Below are positions 54,401 to 64,000 of a stretch of DNA of 64,000 nucleotides, piece by piece. Both the position numbers and the translations under genes were made by a program. The stretch's first letter is position 1; every line of letters starts with the position of its first letter. The DNA comes from Eledone cirrhosa (taxonomy: Eukaryota). Below the pieces are notes generated by a model. It saw only the letters and a program-made list of their open reading frames with translations. It searched no databases and had not been told where the DNA came from. The stretch covers positions 295,926,001 through 295,990,000 of the forward strand of contig OZ024740.1 of the NCBI GenBank assembly GCA_964016885.1, in the 5' to 3' direction.

Positions 54401-57400
54401 TAACAATATATTATATAGACAGTGAGTGTACTGAGAGTATATTATATAGACAGTGAGTGTACTGAGAATATATTATATAGACAGTGAGTGTACCTAAGAA
54501 TATATTATATAGACAGTGAGTGTACCTAAGAATATATTATATAGACAGTGAGTGTACCTAAGAATATATTATATAGACAGTGAGTGTACCTGAGAATATA
54601 TTACATAGACAGTGATTGTACCTAAGAATATATTATATAGACAGTGAGTGTACCTAAGAATATATTATATAGACAGTGAGTGTACCTAAGAATATATTAT
54701 ATAGACAGTGAGTGTACCTAAGAGTATATTATATAGATAGTGAGTGTACCTAAGAATATATTATATAGACAGTGAGTGTACCTAAGAATATATTATATAG
54801 ACAGTGGATGTACCTAAGAATATATTATATAGATAGTGAGTGTACCTCAGAATATATTATATAGACAGTGAGTGTACCTAAGAATATATTATATAGACAG
54901 TGAGTGTACCTAAGATTATATTATATAGACAGTGACTGTACCTAAGAATATATTATATAGACAGTGAGTGTACCTAAGAATATATTACATAGACAGTGAC
55001 TGTACCTAACAATATATTATATAGATAGTGAATGTACCTAAGAATATATTATATAGACAGTGAGTGTACCTAAGAATATATTATATAGACAGTGAATGTA
55101 TCTAACAATATATTATATAGACAGTGAGTGTACTGAGAATATATTATATAGACAGTGAGTGTAATGAGAATATTTCATATAGACAGTGAGTGTACTGAGA
55201 GTATATTATATAGACAGTGAGTGTACTGAGAATATATTATATAGACAGTGAGTGTACCTAAGCATATATTATATAGACAGTGAGTGTACCCGAGAATATA
55301 TATAGACAGTGAGTGTACCTAAGAATATATTATATAGACAGTGAGTGTATCTAAGAATATATTATATAGACGGTGAGTGTACATAAGAATATATTATATA
55401 GACAGTGAGTGTACCTAAGAATATATTATATAGACAGTGAGTGTACCTAACAATATATTATATAGACTGTGAGTGTACCTAAGAATATATTATATAGACA
55501 GTGAGTGTACCTAAGAATATATTATATAGACAGTGAGTGTACCTAAGAATATATTATATAGTTAGTGAGTGTACCTAAGAATATATTATATAGACAGTGA
55601 ATGTACCTAAGAATATATTATATAGATAGTGAGTGTACCTCAGAATATATTATATAGACAGTGAGTGTATCTAAGAATATTTTATATAGACAGTGAGTGT
55701 ACCTAAGAATATATTATATAGACAGTGACTGTACCTAAGAATATATTATATAGACAGTGAGTGTACCTAAGAATATATTATATAGACAGTGAATGTACCT
55801 AAGATTATATTATATAGACAGTGACTGTACCTAAGAATATATTATATAGACAGTGAGTGTACCTAAGATTATATTATATAGACAGTGACTGTACCTAAGA
55901 ATATATTATATAGACAGTGAATGTACCTAAGAATATATTACATAGACAGTGAGTGTACCTAAGAATATATTATATAGACAGTGAATGTATCTAACAATAT
56001 ATTATATAGACAGTGAGTGTACTGAGAATATATTATATAGACAGTGAGTGTAATGAGAATATTTCATATAGACAGTGAATGTACCTAACAATATATTATA
56101 TAGACAGTGAGTGTACTGAGAGTATATTATATAGACAGTGAGTGTACTGAGAATATATTATATAGACAGTGAGTGTACCTAAGAATATATTATATAGACA
56201 GTGAGTGTACCTAAGAATATATTATATAGACAGTGAGTGTACCTAAGAATATATTATATAGACAGTGAGTGTACCTGAGAATATATTACATAGACAGTGA
56301 TTGTACCTAAGAATATATTATATAGACAGTGAGTGTACCTAAGAATATATTATATAGACAGTGAGTGTACCTAAGAATATATTATATAGACAGTGAGTGT
56401 ACCTAAGAGTATATTATATAGATAGTGAGTGTACCTAAGAATATATTATATAGACAGTGAGTGTACCTAAGAATATATTATATAGACAGTGGATGTACCT
56501 AAGAATATATTATATAGATAGTGAGTGTACCTCAGAATATATTATATAGACAGTGAGTGTACCTAAGAATATATTATATAGACAGTGAGTGTACCTAAGA
56601 TTATATTATATAGACAGTGACTGTACCTAAGAATATATTATATAGACAGTGAGTGTACCTAAGAATATATTACATAGACAGTGACTGTACCTAACAATAT
56701 ATTATATAGATAGTGAATGTACCTAAGAATATATTATATAGACAGTGAGTGTACCTAAGAATATATTATATAGACAGTGAATGTATCTAACAATATATTA
56801 TATAGACAGTGAGTGTACTGAGAATATATTATATAGACAGTGAGTGTAATGAGAATATTTCATATAGACAGTGAATGTACCTAACAATATATTATATAGA
56901 CAGTGAGTGTACTGAGAGTATATTATATAGACAGTGAGTGTACTGAGAATATATTATATAGACAGTGAGTGTACCTAAGAATATATTATATAGACAGTGA
57001 GTGTACCTAAGAATATATTATATAGACAGTGAGTGTACCTAAGAATATATTATATAGACAGTGAGTGTACCTAAGAATATATTATATAGACAGTTAGTGT
57101 TCCTAAGAATATATTATATAGATAGTGAGTGTACCTAAGAATATTTTATATCGACAGTGAGTGTACCTAATAATATATTATATAGACAGTGAGTGTACCT
57201 AACAATATATTATATAGACAGTGAATGTATCCAAGAATATATTATATAGACAGTGATTGTACCTAAGAATATATTATATAGACAGTGACTGGACCTAATA
57301 ATATATTATATAGACAGTGAGTGTACCTAACAATATATTATATAGACAGTGACTGTACCTAACAATATATTATATAGACAGTGAGTGTACCTCAGAATAT

Positions 57401-60400
57401 ATTATATAGACAGTGAGTGTACCTAAGAATATATTATATAGACAGTGAATGTATCTAACAATATATTATATAGACAGTGAGTGTACTGAGAATATATTTT
57501 ATAGACAGTGAGTGTAATGAGAATATTTCATATAGACAGTGAATGTACCTAACAATATATTATATAGACAGTGAGTTTACTGAGAATATATTATATAGAT
57601 AGTGAGTGTACCTAAGAATATTTTATATCGACAGTGAGTGTACCTAATAATATATTATATAGACAGTGAGTGTACCTAACAATATATTATATAGACAGTG
57701 AATGTATCCAAGAATATATTATATAGACAGTGATTGTACCTAAGAATATATTATATAGACAGTGACTGGACCTAATAATATATTATATAGACAGTGAGTG
57801 TACCTAAGAATATATTATATAGACAGTGAGTGTACCTAAGAATATATTATATAGACAGTGAGTGTACCTCAGAATATATTATATAGACAGTGAGTGTACC
57901 TAAGAATATATTATATAGACAGTGAGTGTATCTAACAATATATTATATAGACAGTGAGTGTACTGAGAATATATTTTATAGACAGTGAGTGTAATGAGAA
58001 TATTTCATATAGACAGTGAATGTACCTAACAATATATTATATAGACAGTGAGTGTACTGAGAATATATTATATAGACAGTGAGTGTACTGAGAATATATT
58101 ATATAGACAGTGAGTGTACCTAAGAATATATTATATAGACAGTGAGTGTACCTAAGAATATATTATATAGACAGTGAGTGTACCTAAGAATATATTATAT
58201 AGACAGTGAGTGTACCTAAGAATATATTATATAGACAGTTAGTGTTCCCTAGAATATATTATATAGATAGTGAGTGTACCTAAGAATATTTTATATAGAC
58301 AGTGAGTGTACCTAATAATATATTATATAGACAGTGAGTGTACCTAACAATATATTATATAGACAGTGAATGTATCCAAGAATATATTATATAGACAGTG
58401 ATTGTACCTAAGAATATATTATATAGACAGTGACTGGACCTAATAATATATTATATAGACAGTGAGTGTATCTAAGAATATATTATATAGACAGTGACTG
58501 TACCTAAGAATATATTATATAGACAGTGAGTGTATTGAGAATATATTATTTAGACAGTGAGTAGCTAAGAATATATTATATAGACAGTGAGTGTACCTAA
58601 GAATATATTATATAGACAGTGAGTGTACACGAGAATATATATAGACAGTGAGTGTACCTAAGAATATATTATATAGACAGTGAGTGTATCTAAGAATATA
58701 TTATATAGACGGTGAGTGTACATAAGAATATATTATATAGACAGTGAGTGTACCTAAGAATATATTATATAGACAGTGAGTGTACCTAACAATATATTAT
58801 ATAGACAGTGAGTGTACCTAAGAATATATTATATAGACAGTGAGTGTACCTAAGAATATATTATATAGACAGTGAGTGTACCTAAGAATATATTATATAG
58901 TTAGTGAGTGTACCTAAGAATATATTATATAGACAGTGAATGTACCTAAGAATATATTATATAGATAGTGAGTGTACCTCAGAATATATTATATAGACAG
59001 TGAGTGTATCTAAGAATATATTATATAGACAGTGAGTGTACCTAAGAATATATTATATAGACAGTGACTGTACCTAAGAATATATTATATAGACAGTGAG
59101 TGTACCTAAGAATATATTATATAGACAGTGAATGTACCTAAGATTATATTATATAGACAGTGACTGTACCTAAGAATATATTATATAGACAGTGAGTGTA
59201 CCTAAGATTATATTATATAGACAGTGACTGTACCTAAGAATATATTATATAGACAGTGAATGTACCTAAGAATATATTACATAGACAGTGAGTGTACCTA
59301 AGAATATATTATATAGACAGTGAATGTATCTAACAATATATTATATAGACAGTGAGTGTACTGAGAATATATTATATAGACAGTGAGTGTAATGAGAATA
59401 TTTCATATAGACAGTGAATGTACCTAACAATATATTATATAGACAGTGAGTGTACTGAGAGTATATTATATAGACAGTGAGTGTACTGAGAATATATTAT
59501 ATAGACAGTGAGTGTACCTAAGAATATATTATATAGACAGTGAGTGTACCTAAGAATATATTATATAGACAGTGAGTGTACCTAAGAATATATTATATAG
59601 ACAGTGAGTGTACCTGAGAATATATTACATAGACAGTGATTGTACCTAAGAATATATTATATAGACAGTGAGTGTACCTAAGAATATATTATATAGACAG
59701 TGAGTGTACCTAAGAATATATTATATAGACAGTGAGTGTACCTAAGAGTATATTATATAGATAGTGAGTGTACCTAAGAATATATTATATAGACAGTGAG
59801 TGTACCTAAGAATATATTATATAGACAGTGGATGTACCTAAGAATATATTATATAGATAGTGAGTGTACCTCAGAGTATATTATATAGACAGTGAGTGTA
59901 CCTAAGAATATATTATATAGACAGTGAGTGTACCTAAGATTATATTATATAGACAGTGACTGTACCTAAGAATATATTATATAGACAGTGAGTGTACCTA
60001 AGAATATATTACATAGACAGTGACTGTACCTAACAATATATTATATAGATAGTGAATGTACCTAAGAATATATTATATAGACAGTGAGTGTACCTAAGAA
60101 TATATTATATAGACAGTGAATGTATCTAACAATATATTATATAGACAGTGAGTGTACTGAGAATATATTATATAGACAGTGAGTGTAATGAGAATATTTC
60201 ATATAGACAGTGAATGTACCTAACAATATATTATATAGACAGTGAGTGTACTGAGAGTATATTATATAGACAGTGAGTGTACTGAGAATATATTATATAG
60301 ACAGTGAGTGTACCTAAGAATATATTATATAGACAGTGAGTGTACCCAAGAATATATTATATAGACAGTGAGTGTACGTAAGAATATATTATATAGACAG

Positions 60401-63400
60401 TGAGTGTACCTAAGAATATATTATATAGACAGTTAGTGTTCCTAAGAATATATTATATAGATAGTGAGTGTACCTAAGAATATTTTATATCGACAGTGAG
60501 TGTACCTAATAATATATTATATAGACAGTGAGTGTACCTAACAATATATTATATAGACAGTGAATGTATCCAAGAATATATTATATAGACAGTGATTGTA
60601 CCTAAGAATATATTATATAGACAGTGACTGGACCTAATAATATATTATATAGACAGTGACTGGACCTAATAATATATTATATAGACAGTGAGTGTACCTA
60701 ACAATATATTATATAGACAGTGACTGTACCTAACAATATATTATATAGACAGTGAGTGTACCTAAGAATATATTATATAGACAGTGAGTGTACCTAACAA
60801 TATATAATATAGACAGTGAGTGTATCTAAGAATATATTATATAGACAGTGATTGTACCTAAGAATATATTATATAGATAGTGGGTGCACCTAAGAATATA
60901 TTATATAGACAGTGAGTGTACCTAAGAATATATTATATAGACAGTGAATGTACCTACGAATATATTATATAGATAGTGAGTGTACCTCAGAATATATAAT
61001 ATAGAGAGTGAGTGTACCTAAGAATATATTATATAGACAGTGACTGTACCTAAGAATATATTATATAGACAGTGAGTGTACTTAAGAATATATTATATAG
61101 ACAGTGACTGTACCTAACAATATATTATATAGACAGTGAGTGTACTGAGAATATATTATATAAACAGTGAGTGTACCTAAGAATATATTATATAGACAGT
61201 GAGTGTACCTAAGAATATATTATATAGACAGTGAGTGTACCTAAGAATATATTATATAGACAGTGAGTGTACCTAAGAATATATTATATAGACAGTTAGT
61301 GTTCCCTAGAATATATTATATAGATAGTGAGTGTACCTAAGAATATTTTATATAGACAGTGAGTGTACCAAATAATATATTATATAGACATTGAGTGTAC
61401 CTAACAATATATTATATAGACAGTGAATGTATCCAAGAATATATTATATAGACAGTGATTGTACCTAAGAATATATTATATAGACAGTGACTGGACCTAA
61501 TAATATGTTATATAGACAGTGAGTGTATCTAAGAATATATTATATAGACAGTGACTGTACCTAAGAATATATTATATAGACAGTGAGTGTATTGAGAATA
61601 TATTATTTAGACAGTGAGTAGCTAAGAATATATTATATAGACAGTGAGTGTACCTAAGAATATATTATATAGACAGTGAGTGTACCTAAGAATATATTAT
61701 ATAGACAGTGAGTGTACCTGAGAATATATTATATAGACAGTGAGTGTACCTCAGAATATATTACATAGACAGTGACTGTACCTAACAATATATTATATAG
61801 ATAGTGAATGTACCTAAGAATATATTATATAGACAGTGAGTGTACCTAAGAATATATTATATAGACAGTGAATGTATCTAACAATATATTATATAGACAG
61901 TGAGTGTACTGAGAATATATTATATAGACAGTGAGTGTAATGAGAATATTTCATATAGACAGTGAATGTACCTAACAATATATTATATAGACAGTGAGTG
62001 TACTGAGAGTATATTATGTAGACAGTGAGTGTACTGAGAATATATTATATAGACAGTGAGTGTACCTAAGAATATATTATATAGACAGTGAGTGTACCTA
62101 AGAATATATTATATAGACAGTGAGTGTACCTAAGAATATATTATATAGACTGTGAGTGTACCTAAGAATATATTATATAGACAGTTAGTGTTCCTAAGAA
62201 TATATTATATAGATAGTGAGTGTACCTAAGAATATTTTATATCGACAGTGAGTGTACCTAATAATATATTATATAGACAGTGAGTGTACCTAACAATATA
62301 TTATATAGACAGTGAATGTATCCAAGAATATATTATATAGACAGTGATTGTACCTAAGAATATATTATATAGACAGTGACTGGACCTAATAATATATTAT
62401 ATAGACAGTGAGTGTACCTAACAATATATTATATAGACAGTGACTGTACCTAACAATATATTATATAGACAGTGAGTGTACCTCAGAATATATTATATAG
62501 ACAGTGAGTGTACCTAAGAATATATTATATAGACAGTGAGTGTATCTAACAATATATTATATAGACAGTGAGTGTACTGAGAATATATTTTATAGACAGT
62601 GAGTGTAATGAGAATATTTCATATAGACAGTGAATGTACCTAACAATATATTATATAGACAGTGAGTTTACTGAGAATATATTATATAGATAGTGAGTGT
62701 ACCTAAGAATATTTTATATCGACAGTGAGTGTACCTAATAATATATTATATAGACAGTGAGTGTACCTAACAATATATTATATAGACAGTGAATGTATCC
62801 AAGAATATATTATATAGACAGTGATTGTACCTAAGAATATATTATATAGACAGTGACTGGACCTAATAATATATTATATAGACAGTGAGTGTACCTAAGA
62901 ATATATTATATAGACAGTGAGTGTACCTAAGAATATATTATATAGACAGTGAGTGTACCTCAGAATATATTATATAGACAGTGAGTGTACCTAAGAATAT
63001 ATTATATAGACAGTGAGTGTATCTAACAATATATTATATAGACAGTGAGTGTACTGAGAATATATTTTATAGACAGTGAGTGTAATGAGAATATTTCATA
63101 TAGACAGTGAATGTACCTAACAATATATTATATAGACAGTGAGTGTACTGAGAATATATTATATAGACAGTGAGTGTACTGAGAATATATTATATAGACA
63201 GTGAGTGTACCTAAGAATATATTATATAGACAGTGAGTGTACCTAAGAATATATTATATAGACAGTGAGTGTACCTAAGAATATATTATATAGACAGTGA
63301 GTGTACCTAAGAATATATTATATAGACAGTTAGTGTTCCCTAGAATATATTATATAGATAGTGAGTGTACCTAAGAATATTTTATATAGACAGTGAGTGT

Positions 63401-64000
63401 ACCTAATAATATATTATATAGACAGTGAGTGTACCTAACAATATATTATATAGACAGTGAATGTATCCAAGAATATATTATATAGACAGTGATTGTACCT
63501 AAGAATATATTATATAGACAGTGACTGGACCTAATAATATATTATATAGACAGTGAGTGTATCTAAGAATATATTATATAGACAGTGACTGTACCTAAGA
63601 ATATATTATATAGACAGTGAGTGTATTGAGAATATATTATTTAGACAGTGAGTAGCTAAGAATATATTATATAGACAGTGAGTGTACCTAAGAATATATT
63701 ATATAGACAGTGAGTGTACACGAGAATATATATAGACAGTGAGTGTACCTAAGAATATATTATATAGACAGTGAGTGTATCTAAGAATATATTATATAGA
63801 CGGTGAGTGTACATAAGAATATATTATATAGACAGTGAGTGTACCTAAGAATATATTATATAGACAGTGAGTGTACCTAACAATATATTATATAGACAGT
63901 GAGTGTACCTAAGAATATATTATATAGACAGTGAGTGTACCTAAGAATATATTATATAGACAGTGAGTGTACCTAAGAATATATTATATAGTTAGTGAGT
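33465..64000 (+). repeat. 32-bp satellite array, right block (roughly 950-960 monomers; continues beyond window end)
   Basis: Same monomer and orientation. It resumes at TAGACAGTGAGTGTACTGAG, exactly in register with the monomer interrupted at 29947 (...CAATATATTATA|TAGACAG...). Confidence 0.99.

Noticed and set aside
1-64000. CRISPR array (the 32-bp repeat length is CRISPR-like)
   Set aside because: Repeats are directly head to tail with no unique spacers, there are no cas genes or leader, and the context is eukaryotic repeat DNA.

Overview
Eukaryotic, non-coding window. About 94% of it is a single-orientation, AT-rich satellite array with a 32-bp monomer (consensus TTATATAGACAGTGAGTGTACCTAAGAATATA, 9/32 G+C). 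The array is organised into kb-scale higher-order repeats and two variant domains that meet at about 18 kb. One 3,517-bp non-satellite insertion (29948-33464) interrupts it. On the minus strand the insertion begins TC, ends CTAG and sits between an A and a T with no target-site duplication, which is the signature of a non-autonomous Helitron-type rolling-circle element. Its architecture is unusual: the 212-bp CTAG end is present twice in inverted orientation (29948-30159 and 30691-30902), the strong 19-bp hairpin is at the TC end, and an 11-bp subterminal inverted repeat links the two ends. Cargo includes an 88-bp hAT-like MITE with an 8-bp TSD, two fragments of a tRNA-derived SINE that I recall as octopus-like (not database-checked), a lone Tc1/mariner-like end and simple repeats. 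No credible protein-coding genes; all four supplied ORFs look like artefacts of repetitive or low-complexity DNA.
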